Part shown: piece after piece, positions 47,474 through 56,896 of the stretch
Numbering within the stretch: position 1 is the stretch's first letter
Layout: the number at the start of each line of letters is the position of its first letter
NCBI GenBank assembly: GCA_964445435.1
Contig: CAYUKU010000001.1
Coordinates: 44,384-108,383 of the forward strand
Source: an uncultured Gammaproteobacteria bacterium
GTDB lineage: Bacteria > Patescibacteriota > Microgenomatia > UBA10105 > UBA927
Direction of reading: 5' to 3'
DNA length: 64,000 bases
Position numbers and translations under genes: made by a program
The notes under the pieces: model-generated
What the model was told of the DNA's origin: nothing
What the model saw: only the letters and a program-made list of their open reading frames with translations
Databases searched by the model: none

Positions 47474-47893
47474 TTACCGAGTAGAAAAACCTGGGTTCTT
47501 CGCAGCCATCTTGATCAACTCTTCGAGGACTGTAAGATTTACCTTATTCACATCATCAAACCGGATACAGCTTTTCCCGACGCTTACTCTCCCTAGACGC
47601 GATTTATTTTTTTCTGCGATATATTCACCGTTTACTACCGCACATATGTACATAGATATGTAATTCTTCTGGTTCGCCAATGACACAATCGGCCATTGGA
47701 TCTCTTCCCCTTTATAGTTTTTGTACAAAAAATTACCGTAGCCAATCATGTTGTATGAAAAATGCGGCTTAAGACCCGGTGTCGCTCTTTGAATAAACTG
47801 ATGCAGAAATTTTATTGCTTTTCTTCGTTCATGTGGCAGTGAAGCAAGATATTCTTCGATTGTCTTGGCCTTGACAGGTTTGAACATGTTCAT
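47474..47893 (-). CDS. DUF1801 (YdhG-like) protein
   Basis: MIGYG..Y, LANQKNYISMY, GKSCIRF. Confidence 0.85.
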   Translation of the reverse strand: MNMFKPVKAKTIEEYLASLPHERRKAIKFLHQFIQRATPGLKPHFSYNMIGYGNFLYKNYKGEEIQWPIVSLANQKNYISMYICAVVNGEYIAEKNKSRLGRVSVGKSCIRFDDVNKVNLTVLEELIKMAAKNPGFSTR

Positions 47894-48287
47894 ACATGTA
47901 TTTTTACTGGTTCAAGCATGCCGACGCGGTTCCCTTCCGTATCCACAAACATCACAAACGCACCGATCCCCGGTATATCCATGGGATTTCCTTCGATACG
48001 TCCGCCTGATTTCTTTACGATTTCCATGTACCCCCTCAGGTTATCGACGGAAATCACAACATGAGGGATCGTTCCCTGCTCTCCATGCAGGAAAAATCCG
48101 CCGTTGATGGCGCCTTTTCTGTTGACATCCGGTTTTCATCTACGGGCGTCGTGCCTGCCAGAAGATAGTCTCCCATTTCCGGTCCCATCTGGGTCATCTG
48201 CCAGCCGAATACCTCTTCATAGAACTTCTTTGTGCGCGCTTTATCCTTTGCCGGCATTTCGAAATGGACAACAGGATTCATTTTCAT
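47890..48287 (-). pseudogene. VOC/glyoxalase family protein, frameshifted
   Basis: MNPVVHFEMPA..FYEEVFGW; after a 1-nt shift near 48117 (GAAAAGG) it continues GAINGGF...DTEGNRVGMLEP to TGA at 47890. Confidence 0.8.
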
Positions 48288-48383
48288 AGGACCTCCGATT
48301 TGTAATGTTTCTTACACACTTACTCTACCAGAGTACGCGTATTGCGCAAGCTTTTTTGCTTTATCCCGTATAATACGGCTGCG

Positions 48384-49154
48384 ATGCGTCGACTCGTATC
48401 AACGCTTTTTACGTTCGCCTTTTGCGGGACGCTGTTTCTGGCCGCTACTCCCCGCACATTTGCTGCAGTCGTTATCAACGAGATATTACCCAAGTCAGCT
48501 GACGTGAAACAAACCTGGATCGAACTCTACAACAACGGATCAGAGTCCGTATCCCTGGATCGCTGGCGATTGGAAAATGCAAACGGAACATCGTTTATCC
48601 TCAACGCAAGTGCGATTATCTCGCCCCGGGGATTTCTGACTTTTTTCCAAACACAGTCAGGAATCACATTCAACACCGAAGGAGACACAGTGAGGTTATT
48701 CGATGAGACAAATACCTTGAAAGACGCCCAAAGTTATCCTGGCATTCTCGGTTACAACACATCCATGGGCCGCAGTACTGATGGCGCCGAGGGTTGGGTT
48801 ACGTGCTCACCTGCTCCCGACTACTCGGCAACGCCAAACAAATCAAACGACTGCCCCCCGCCGCCTACGCCAACTGCGACAACCAGTCTTCTTCCGGCTA
48901 CATCATCGCCGACCAGTTCTCCCAAGCCCACAGCAACTCCCACAACTTCGACGATCGATTCCAGAAACGCATTTTCATCCCCCCAAGTTCCGGGAGAGGT
49001 CGCGCCTCTCTCTCCGTCTCCGACGCCCACCCCGCAACCGTTTTTGGAAAGTGATCTGTATGGGAAAATTTGGGCCGCCAGTCTCGTTTTCGGCGTAAGC
49101 GCGGGCGTCACCATCATGCTCTACGGGTTATATACAACGCGGAAACGCACATAA
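48384..49154 (+). CDS. Lamin-tail-domain surface protein with P/T/S linker and C-terminal TM anchor
   Basis: VVINEILP, WIELYN, GDTVRL, TPNKSN; low-complexity stalk. Confidence 0.8.
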   Translation: MRRLVSTLFTFAFCGTLFLAATPRTFAAVVINEILPKSADVKQTWIELYNNGSESVSLDRWRLENANGTSFILNASAIISPRGFLTFFQTQSGITFNTEGDTVRLFDETNTLKDAQSYPGILGYNTSMGRSTDGAEGWVTCSPAPDYSATPNKSNDCPPPPTPTATTSLLPATSSPTSSPKPTATPTTSTIDSRNAFSSPQVPGEVAPLSPSPTPTPQPFLESDLYGKIWAASLVFGVSAGVTIMLYGLYTTRKRT

Positions 49155-49283
49155 TAGTTTATTTTGCGAATTAAGGCCACGGGAGATCCATTCTCAAACG
49201 GATCTCTTATCAAAAGCGATTATCTATTACCGTAACTTGGCGAGAGCATGCACTCCTCAACACCGTGTGCTATCCTTATACTT

Positions 49284-49715
49284 ATGGGAAAACAAAAGGG
49301 TATTGCCGCGATTGCCGTCGGATTGATTCTTCTTTTGGCCTTCATCATCTTCACGTCCCTTCGCGGAAACACTCCGCCGACGTCAGGCGTCAATCCCATC
49401 TATACCGTCCCAAACAGCAGCCCGGTAGGCACGTATACCGGTACCATCAAACGCGGGTCTGATATCACCGAGAAAACATATTGCTCCAACGGATATTACC
49501 TGGTGGCAGACGCCGGCACATACATCAAGGACCAGGCCATGATGATTCTTCTGAAAAATCCCGGAGACGAGCCTCAATCGATGTATGATGGGGTCGAGTT
49601 TGTGGGGAAGAAAGTGCGCATGACGGCAATGGAATCCAATAGACAAGCCTTCTGCGAAGCCCTCATTTGCAGCTGCGATGACTATCTTCTCGTCGACACC
49701 GTTACCCCCCTCTGA
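49284..49715 (+). CDS. Membrane-anchored hypothetical protein
   Basis: KQKG plus N-terminal TM helix; four Cys. Confidence 0.65.
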   Translation: MGKQKGIAAIAVGLILLLAFIIFTSLRGNTPPTSGVNPIYTVPNSSPVGTYTGTIKRGSDITEKTYCSNGYYLVADAGTYIKDQAMMILLKNPGDEPQSMYDGVEFVGKKVRMTAMESNRQAFCEALICSCDDYLLVDTVTPL

Positions 49716-49745
49716 CAGAGGTATCCGATTTGCTATGATAAAGAA

Positions 49746-50975
49746 GTGAGTATCGCCCTATCGATATTTCTTCTATTAACCACAGTCGTTGCCGTAAGCC
49801 TATTCCTGCGGCAACGCACCCAGCTCATCCGGCACAAAAAGAAAATCTCAGAATTAGAGCTTCAGCTTACCAGTGCGACAGCCGACGCTGCCGCTACGCG
49901 AGCGCAGGCCATCAGCCAGGATGAATTCGTCCGTCTCTCAAGCCACGTGGTATCCCGCATGGACCAGGGCATTCTTTGTATCGACCAAAAGGGCATGGTG
50001 AGACTTGCAAATCCCTATGCAGAAAAACTGCTTGGCGGCACACCCCTAGTCGGAAAACCGTATACAGAAGTTCTCCATTCGCTGAAAATTGCAGGAACGA
50101 CTGATTTTTCCGCGTTTGAAGCAGCCATTGGAGGAAACGGATTTACACTTCCAGACAACATAGAACTCGCCACAGGACACGGGAACATTCCCCTGAGCGC
50201 TACGCTCGTGCCGCTTTTTTCCGATCTTTCCGGCACATTTACCCTATTTACTTTCGCCGACAACAGTAGGAACGTTGCCGGAATCGCAGAAGAAAAGGCT
50301 TTTTTCTCCGCCGCGGCACACGAGCTTCGGACCCCTCTTACCGTCATACGACTGGCTGTTTCTATCCTGCTTTCAAAAATCGATACGTTCGACAAAGCGG
50401 CGTTACTTGATCATCTTAATAAAATTAATATCTCCTCAGAACAGCTTCTGAATCTCATCAATGACCTTCTTAACGTATCGCGGATAGACCAGGGACGACT
50501 CATTGTTGAGAAGACTCCGTTTGACATCATTTCCCTCACCGATGAGGTCGTAAAAGAACTCACCGATCTGGCAAACACACGAAGGCTCTATATACATCAT
50601 GATCCGTCAACCAACGAGTATCGGACAGTCATCGGTGATAAAACGAAGGCAAAAGAAGTACTCACCAATCTTATAAGTAACGGCATCAAATACACTATTC
50701 AGGGAGGAATCACAATTACTCATGAGCAAAATGGGGGGTCCTTGGTCACCGTCGTTTCCGATACCGGAAGCGGTATTCCGGCAGGGTCAAAGAGCTTGCT
50801 CTTCAAGCGGTTTCTGCAGGTCGGAGAGGCGCGCCAGCAATCATCGGCAAAAGGAAGCGGTCTGGGACTCTATATATCCAAAAAATTTGCTCAGCTGATG
50901 GGCGGGGACGTGAAACTCGAGTCAAGCGAACCGGGGAAAGGATCGACGTTTGCCTTTCGTCTACCGCTGGGGTAA
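49746..50975 (+). CDS. PAS-domain sensor histidine kinase
   Basis: AAHELRTPL H-box, NLISNGIKYT, DTGSGI, GSGLGL, GKGSTF. Confidence 0.93.
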   Translation: MSIALSIFLLLTTVVAVSLFLRQRTQLIRHKKKISELELQLTSATADAAATRAQAISQDEFVRLSSHVVSRMDQGILCIDQKGMVRLANPYAEKLLGGTPLVGKPYTEVLHSLKIAGTTDFSAFEAAIGGNGFTLPDNIELATGHGNIPLSATLVPLFSDLSGTFTLFTFADNSRNVAGIAEEKAFFSAAAHELRTPLTVIRLAVSILLSKIDTFDKAALLDHLNKINISSEQLLNLINDLLNVSRIDQGRLIVEKTPFDIISLTDEVVKELTDLANTRRLYIHHDPSTNEYRTVIGDKTKAKEVLTNLISNGIKYTIQGGITITHEQNGGSLVTVVSDTGSGIPAGSKSLLFKRFLQVGEARQQSSAKGSGLGLYISKKFAQLMGGDVKLESSEPGKGSTFAFRLPLG

Positions 50976-50981
50976 GGCATT

Positions 50982-51221
50982 TTGCAATCTAGTAAACTAG
51001 ATAAAGCATATCGAAGCGCTACCATAGAAATACTTATCGACGTGATCCGCACGCACCCGTTCATCATGCTTCACGGAAAAATGTACGAGAATAAGTATTT
51101 CTATACCGCGCCGGAATATAGCGCCGGACTCCTCAACCGATTCAAGGCCGAGGATTATGACGTCATTCTTTCCATTATCGAAGAAGACAAACCGGAGGCC
51201 ATCGGAAAAATTTCACATTAA
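50982..51221 (+). pseudogene. C-terminal fragment of a MEDS-domain-like protein
   Basis: DVIRTHPFIMLHGKMYENKYFYTAPEY resembles the MEDS C-terminal THP..ENPFY.PP motif; N-terminus missing. Confidence 0.45.
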
Positions 51222-51280
51222 ACCTGTGCGGCACACACGAACTGCCCTGTAGATTCCGTACGTCGGAACTCTATTTTTCA

Positions 51281-51586
51281 TTAACGGAAAACTCCGAGGA
51301 ATAGGAGCGCAAAAACAAACACAGTGATACCTGCAAAAGCGGCAACGGTCTGCAGGAAAAGGTTCGCCCCTTGTTTTTTATGACCATCCAGAAGAAACTG
51401 AAGCGGCTGGTAGACGAAAAGATACCCCATGACGGCAGCAGACAAGGTAAAAAGGGAAATCATCGCAACCGGTATTGCCATTGTTTTTTCCGAGTTAAGC
51501 AGCCTGGAACCATAAAACATAAACCACGCGACCGCCGTTATATATAAAGAGGCAGCAACCGCATTGACAAGAGGATTCTTGGTCAT
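51281..51586 (-). CDS. Small 3-TM membrane protein
   Basis: Hydrophobic ORF; TGcTATACT 9 nt upstream of MTKNP. Confidence 0.7.
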   Translation of the reverse strand: MTKNPLVNAVAASLYITAVAWFMFYGSRLLNSEKTMAIPVAMISLFTLSAAVMGYLFVYQPLQFLLDGHKKQGANLFLQTVAAFAGITVFVFALLFLGVFR

Positions 51587-51683
51587 AGCTTCTTGAGTAT
51601 AGCACGTTCCCAAGAAAGCATTTACAAATATGCGGTGAGATCTTATTGTTAGATAAGATACATTTACAAAGGAGGTGAACAGT

Positions 51684-51882
51684 ATGCAGAATATGTCAGG
51701 TGCGGTTGATCATCTCAAAAATCATGTCGGTAAATGGCCAGCGACCAAAGCGGAGCTTGTCGCAGCATGTAATAATCTTTCCGACTTCACGCCGGAAGAC
51801 AAGGCGGAATTTGAATCCAAACTTCCTGAGGGAACCTACAACACCCCCGGAGGACGTGATGAAGGCGCTTGGGTGGTCATAA
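51684..51882 (+). pseudogene. Small conserved protein (DUF2795-like), +1 frameshift
   Basis: SD AAGGAGGTG; HLKNH..WPATKAELVAACNNLSDF..LPEGTYNTP; removing one base at ACACCCCCGG gives the natural ending EDVMKALGWS*. Confidence 0.65.
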
Positions 51883-51892
51883 ATTTGGTATG

Positions 51893-51939
51893 AAAAGCTC
51901 CTCGATTCTTGGTATTACAATGCCGACGGGGAGCTTTTT
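51893..51939. terminator. Bidirectional intrinsic terminator
   Basis: AAAAGCTCCTCG...CGGGGAGCTTTTT between convergent genes. Confidence 0.7.
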
Positions 51940-51953
51940 GTTGGTTAAATTCC

Positions 51954-52385
51954 TTATCTCACTGCTTTTTTGACAAGATCGGCGATTTTCTTCTCTTCTG
52001 TATCGGTCAGTTTTTTCAAGGCATAGGAAACCGGCCACATGTTGTCTTCGTCGAGATTAGCCGCGTCCTGGAATCCCAACGTAGAATACCGATATTTGAA
52101 TTTACTCGCGTTTTGGAAAAAACAGACCACCTTACCGTTTTTGTCTGCATACGCAGGCATGCCGTACCAGGTTTTGGGTGTGAGGGATGGGGCGCTTTTC
52201 CTGATGACATCGTGAAGTCGTTTGGCCATGGAGCGATCCGGTTCCGGCATCTGTGCGATCTTCGCAAGTACGGCTGCTTCCCCATTTGCCTTGCCAGAGC
52301 GCATTTCCTGATACCGCTCCTTCATTGCCTCCCGCTCCTCATCAGAGAAACCTTTAGCTTTCGTGTTTGATTTCGCGTTTGTCAT
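51954..52385 (-). CDS. DUF1801 (YdhG-like) protein
   Basis: [38 protein letters not shown]. Confidence 0.88.
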   Translation of the reverse strand: MTNAKSNTKAKGFSDEEREAMKERYQEMRSGKANGEAAVLAKIAQMPEPDRSMAKRLHDVIRKSAPSLTPKTWYGMPAYADKNGKVVCFFQNASKFKYRYSTLGFQDAANLDEDNMWPVSYALKKLTDTEEKKIADLVKKAVR

Positions 52386-52398
52386 GATCGTTAATGTA

Positions 52399-53013
52399 TC
52401 ACGAATGAGAACTTAACGAAAACGAGCCGGTTGCAACTCTTCCAGCGCGCCTATAGTTTGCGAAGATTACTCCGCTTGGAGAAGTTGTGGCATCTAATAA
52501 TGTAAAGGCTGCGGGAATAGCTCCCTCGCCGAATAATCGTTTCCCTTTTCCGAGCGTTATCGGGAAAATCTTTAACCAGAGCTCATCAACTAAGTCATGT
52601 TTGAGAAGCGTTTGAAGCAAATTCCCGCTGCCGTACACGTGTAAATTAGGACCGTTTTCGGCTTTCAGTTTCTTTAATCTTTCGACTACGTTATTATGTA
52701 TAACCACCGAGTTATTCCATGTAGTTTTTTTGAGCGTGTGTGAAACGACATACTTTGTGGCATCGTTGACTCCCGGCCAATTGTCTTCGTGTTGCGGCCA
52801 ATACGAAGCAAAAATTTCAAACGTTTTCCTGCCCAGAAGCAGACTGAACGGCTGCTTCATCTGCTTAGCCATCATTTTTCCTGAATAATCATCGAAATAT
52901 GGGACCGTCCATCCGCCATATGTAAAGTTACCGGATCTATCTTCTCCCGGCCCACCCGGAGCTTGCAAAATACCATCAAGCGTTACAAATTCAAGCGCAA
53001 TTATTTTCCTCAT
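52399..53013 (-). CDS. Dihydrofolate reductase family (RibD C-terminal-like) protein
   Basis: [38 protein letters not shown]. Confidence 0.9.
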   Translation of the reverse strand: MRKIIALEFVTLDGILQAPGGPGEDRSGNFTYGGWTVPYFDDYSGKMMAKQMKQPFSLLLGRKTFEIFASYWPQHEDNWPGVNDATKYVVSHTLKKTTWNNSVVIHNNVVERLKKLKAENGPNLHVYGSGNLLQTLLKHDLVDELWLKIFPITLGKGKRLFGEGAIPAAFTLLDATTSPSGVIFANYRRAGRVATGSFSLSSHS

Positions 53014-53064
53014 AAGGCTGGATGTGATTGTCGTCTCCGTTTCAGTGAAGCTGAAAATACTTTT

Positions 53065-53565
53065 TTATTCGCCGGCTTTTTTCATTGCTTCAAGGTCAAG
53101 TTTCTTCATTGGCAGAAAAGCGGCGGTTACCGCCTCAACCTTTTGCGGGTCGCGCATATACTCACCCAAAATCCTTGGAACTATTTGCCATGTGACGCCA
53201 AAGCGGTCTTGACACCATCCGCATTGTTCAGCTTCAGGAACAGCTGAAAGCTTTTCCCAGAAGAAGTCAATTTCTTCCTGCGTTTCGCACTCAACTATGA
53301 AGGATGTCGAGCCATTCAGCTTGAATTGCTCAAGAGGGCCACCGTTCAGAAACATAAAACTGGTGCCATCCAGCTCGCATTCAGCTGTTAACACCGACCC
53401 GGCGGGCCTGCCGGAAACGTCTTCTGATGCCTTCGGTGATTTGGTAACATCTCTCATGGTTCCTCTGTGATCACCTGGCGCGGCATTGAACGTATCTGTG
53501 TAGTACTGCGCTGCCTCTTCCCCGTTATTCTTGGCAAACCAGAGACATGTAATGAGTTTACTCAT
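53065..53565 (-). CDS. VOC family protein (PhnB / 3-dmu-9-MT-like)
   Basis: ITCLWF, LNGGP, QEEIDFFWEKL, CGWCQDRFGVTWQIVP. Confidence 0.9.
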   Translation of the reverse strand: MSKLITCLWFAKNNGEEAAQYYTDTFNAAPGDHRGTMRDVTKSPKASEDVSGRPAGSVLTAECELDGTSFMFLNGGPLEQFKLNGSTSFIVECETQEEIDFFWEKLSAVPEAEQCGWCQDRFGVTWQIVPRILGEYMRDPQKVEAVTAAFLPMKKLDLEAMKKAGE

Positions 53566-53566
53566 A

Positions 53567-53995
53567 TTATTTACTGGAAGAATATTCAATGATCCATTCA
53601 ATACCGTATTTATCTCGAAACATACCCGCGTAGGAGCCCCATGGGCTGTCCCCCATGGGCCCTTCTACATCTCCTCCGGCTGAAAGGCCCAGAAATAATC
53701 TGTCCGCCTCTTCTTTGCTTTCTACGCGTACCAAAATTTTGCTTCGATTTTCTTTCTCATTTACTCGCCCCAAAACCTCCGGCACGTCATTGGCTATAAG
53801 CATGGTAGTGGCACCGATGGGTAAAGCGATATACATTATTTTGTTTTCCTCTTTTTCTGCTACGGGGAATTCAGCGCTCGCGATATCTTTAAAGCGCACC
53901 ACTTTCGCAAACTCGCCACCAAAAACGGATTTATAAAAGGTAAACGCCTCTTCTGCGTTTCCGTTGAAGTTGATCCAGGGGTGTAATGCGGCCAT
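53567..53995 (-). CDS. VOC family protein (PhnB-like)
   Basis: PWINFNGNAEEAF.FYKSVFGG, WGSYAG..RDKYGIEW. Confidence 0.9.
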   Translation of the reverse strand: MAALHPWINFNGNAEEAFTFYKSVFGGEFAKVVRFKDIASAEFPVAEKEENKIMYIALPIGATTMLIANDVPEVLGRVNEKENRSKILVRVESKEEADRLFLGLSAGGDVEGPMGDSPWGSYAGMFRDKYGIEWIIEYSSSK

Positions 53996-54157
53996 ACTGT
54001 AATCTATATCACACTAAAGCAAGTAAATAAAACAGTTTTGTCCGAGAAACGGGAATTTTCCGACACATTGACTAGTGACTTACCTAGAATATCCAGAATT
54101 TACCACCAAAGAAATTAATCGATTTCTCAACTTTTAGTCAAAGCAAGATGCCAATCA

Positions 54158-54486
54158 TTATTGATTTTCATAGACTTTCTTACCGGCTTCTGTGATCAGT
54201 CCGAGTCTCAGTAATTCAGCATATCTTTTTTGTTCATCGCTGACCACTGACTGTTCTTTTTTCTGGGAGTAAACCGCACCATATAGGTTTCTTTATCAAT
54301 GCCTTTTTCCATGCTGTCTATCCAACCAAAGCACAAAGCCTCATCCAGTAGATTTTGAAAAGTGACAGTCTGCTTCCCGCTGGACTTCTTGTGTAAAGTT
54401 ACCCAAATCTCTTTTTCATTCTGGTGATACTATCGTAGCCAATGACGCCACTCGACTTGAGCTTGAGGGGAAATAGTGTTTGTCAT
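54158..54486 (-). pseudogene. YdeI/OmpD-associated family protein, disrupted
   Basis: Manual translation EWRHWLR*YH..EIWV..EALCFGWIDS..RFTPRK..S.WSAMN; in-frame TAG at 54430-54432 and a frameshift in an A-run near 54230. Confidence 0.8.
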
Positions 54487-54543
54487 ATCATTAGTTTAAT
54501 GGGAAATTGCCCTTTTGCCTAATTTGCTTCATTCGAAAAATGG

Positions 54544-55014
54544 ATGAAAAATCTGTCAAAACTTGTTATTTCTATTGTTGGTTGTGAAGTAGTAGGAATT
54601 CTGGGGAGCGTATTTACGGTTTCCTCAATTTCCTCTTGGTACGCCACTTTAAATAAGCCCTTCTTTGCGCCACCGAACTGGATATTTGGGCCTGTTTGGA
54701 CACTCCTATATTTTCTAATGGGCGTAGCGTTTTATCTGATCTGGAAACAAGGTTGGAAGAAGAAAAAAGTTGCTACCGCCGGCAAATACTTTTTCGCACA
54801 ATTAGGGCTCAACTTTATCTGATCACCCGTTTTCTTTGGCTTACGATCGCCGCTATTGGCTCTATGTGTTATTATCGTCCTGTTGGCGCTGATCGTGATG
54901 ACAATCAAAAAATTTTATCCCCTGTCCAGATGGGCAGCCTACCTGCTTGTCCCATATCTTTTCTGGGTGAGCTTTGCTTCCGCACTGAACGCTGCCATCG
55001 CTATTCTTAATTGA
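54544..55014 (+). pseudogene. tspO: TspO/MBR sensory protein with an internal nonsense codon
   Basis: WYATLNKPFFAPPNWIFGPVWTLLY..QLGLNFI*SPVFFG..LLVPYLFWVSFASALN; TGA at 54820-54822 replaces a conserved Trp codon. Confidence 0.85.
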
Positions 55015-55109
55015 TCTTTGGCTCCACCTCATAGATATGTTCCGTAACCGCGTGATTGAGATAAGCATACCACTCGTCAATCTCAAAACACTGTTTGAAA
55101 CGTTTCACA

Positions 55110-55721
55110 TCACACCTGCGTTCGCTTGACCATGATGGTTGGAACACGAATAGTAAAACCACTTTCTTCCGGACTAATGTATATGGTTTCATATTTTTCC
55201 TGCAATTTCTCCCGAAGCTTTTCCAGATATACGTCTTTTTTTAGTTTTCTGCCTCCCGTCTGGTGTGCCCAAAAAAGAGCCATAGCATCGCTCCCGTCAC
55301 CTGCTTGTATCGTAAACGGCAGATGTATTTTTTGCGCGTATGCTTCTATCTCATGGATAAATGCCTGAACACTTTGGTTTTTCGCATGAAACAGTCTGTC
55401 CCTGTACATGAGTGAGAATGGATAATATCTCGTTATAAAACTCCAAAATCGGTCGTGGATAGTCATGATGACCAGAACAATTATTACCCGTATGCCTTTG
55501 TTAAAGTCCGAACGTCTTATTTCAACATTTCTTGGCACATGGACGAGCTTGTAAATATACCGAGCAAATGGTTTTGGCAAAAATAGGATAAGATATACAC
55601 CGAAAAGAAGGAGAAACAGAAAAAATAATCCTATCGTAATATGAAGTAATTCAAGGAATTTGAGAAACAGAAAAAACGCTACTACTGAACCCAAAACTAT
55701 ATACTGTGTTTTTACGCTCAT
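55110..55721 (-). CDS. Hypothetical membrane protein
   Basis: 203-aa ORF with N-terminal TM helices; no recognisable motif. Confidence 0.6.
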   Translation of the reverse strand: MSVKTQYIVLGSVVAFFLFLKFLELLHITIGLFFLFLLLFGVYLILFLPKPFARYIYKLVHVPRNVEIRRSDFNKGIRVIIVLVIMTIHDRFWSFITRYYPFSLMYRDRLFHAKNQSVQAFIHEIEAYAQKIHLPFTIQAGDGSDAMALFWAHQTGGRKLKKDVYLEKLREKLQEKYETIYISPEESGFTIRVPTIMVKRTQV

Positions 55722-55907
55722 ACATCAGTTAACTTGTAATTCCCTTACCCGTATTTTTTTCACGTCGCCTATAATGGTGTTTTCATCATACTCCTGTGGA
55801 CGAACATTGATAATAAGACCGATATTTTCTGGCTCATGAAATAGCTCTTCTGCGTATCTAAATCTATGGCCAAATGCCGTTGAAAGAGATACGGGCTTAC
55901 CTGATTG

Positions 55908-55927
55908 TTAACCACCTTTAACCACCT
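55908..55927 (+). repeat. 10-bp tandem duplication TTAACCACCT x2
   Basis: Read directly; coincides with the truncation point of a minus-strand gene fragment. Confidence 0.7.
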
Positions 55928-56140
55928 TGGAGGTGAAATATTAGGTAGCCTATTAAGACAAAGTCAATCAGGTACTAAACCAAAGACAAAACTTAAACCT
56001 TAACCTTAATAAGATCCCTAATACGACGTTCAACCACGCTCTTATACAAATATTGATACGCAGTCACTACATTTTCCATAAGTTGTTCTTTTTGTTCAGA
56101 AGTAGCCGTATCAAGATTTGTTGTAACACTAATTTTCCGT

Positions 56141-56896
56141 TTACTTCTCATATTGCCTAACAGCACTGCGATATTTACAGAAGTCACAGTCTTCCCCTGA
56201 TTCAGGTATGCCGTCACTTTTCAAACATTCAATGGCTTTGAGAATAGTTCCCTCAACCCAATCTGTATTGCCTTTATAGGGAATGAGTTTGATATCAAAT
56301 TCCAATTTGGCGTCAAAGGCCTCTTTGTCGGTATTGCCATTGCAGTAGACGAAATAGCCAGTATCAGACACTTTGAAGCCGTTTTCTCTAAATAGCCATT
56401 GGTATATTTCCATCTGACGTTTGTATCCATCCTGCCACTCGGCATCTAGGGTTACTTCTTCATCTTTGGATGTAGCCTTGTAGTCAACCACGATATATTC
56501 TCTCGATGGCGTCACCCACATATCATCCACACCACCCGTGATAACAACGTTCGTGTTATCCACTCGGACAGTTATACCGCCCCGTAGTGAATCCCGCCAT
56601 TCGTCGATCTTTTCGTGGGCTAGTGGTATAGCGTCGATGCCGTACTTCTCCATTAATGGATGTCTGGTGCCTTTGGCCCGATGAATATCAAACTCTTTTT
56701 TCAGGAGTTTATCGACGGCAGAGTTAAGGGAAAAAGGGTATCCAGGCGGTTGGGCCACACCAAGTCTACGATCCAGATAAAAACAACGGGGACATGTAAT
56801 AAAATTGTTAATTTTTCCACGACTCAAACGAAACAACTCACTAGAGTTTGGATCGTAAATATTTCTTGTTCGGTTTGGATTGTAATACTGGCTCAT
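56141..56896 (-). CDS. PD-(D/E)XK nuclease (AddB/Cas4-like, Cys-containing)
   Basis: LSRGKI..F..CPRCFY, GGVDD, IVVDYKAT, QMEIY, CDFC. Confidence 0.88.
   Translation of the reverse strand: MSQYYNPNRTRNIYDPNSSELFRLSRGKINNFITCPRCFYLDRRLGVAQPPGYPFSLNSAVDKLLKKEFDIHRAKGTRHPLMEKYGIDAIPLAHEKIDEWRDSLRGGITVRVDNTNVVITGGVDDMWVTPSREYIVVDYKATSKDEEVTLDAEWQDGYKRQMEIYQWLFRENGFKVSDTGYFVYCNGNTDKEAFDAKLEFDIKLIPYKGNTDWVEGTILKAIECLKSDGIPESGEDCDFCKYRSAVRQYEK

Noticed and set aside
48850-49040. Apparent repeats in the lamin-tail gene
   Set aside because: Low-complexity Pro/Thr/Ser linker coding, not a DNA repeat element
54820-54822. In-frame TGA in tspO as evidence of UGA recoding (code 4/25) or selenocysteine
   Set aside because: TGA ends many intact genes here (e.g. 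1507, 33459, 34313, 35779) and TGG is used for Trp throughout; a TGG-to-TGA nonsense change is simpler, and the neighbouring gene is also decayed
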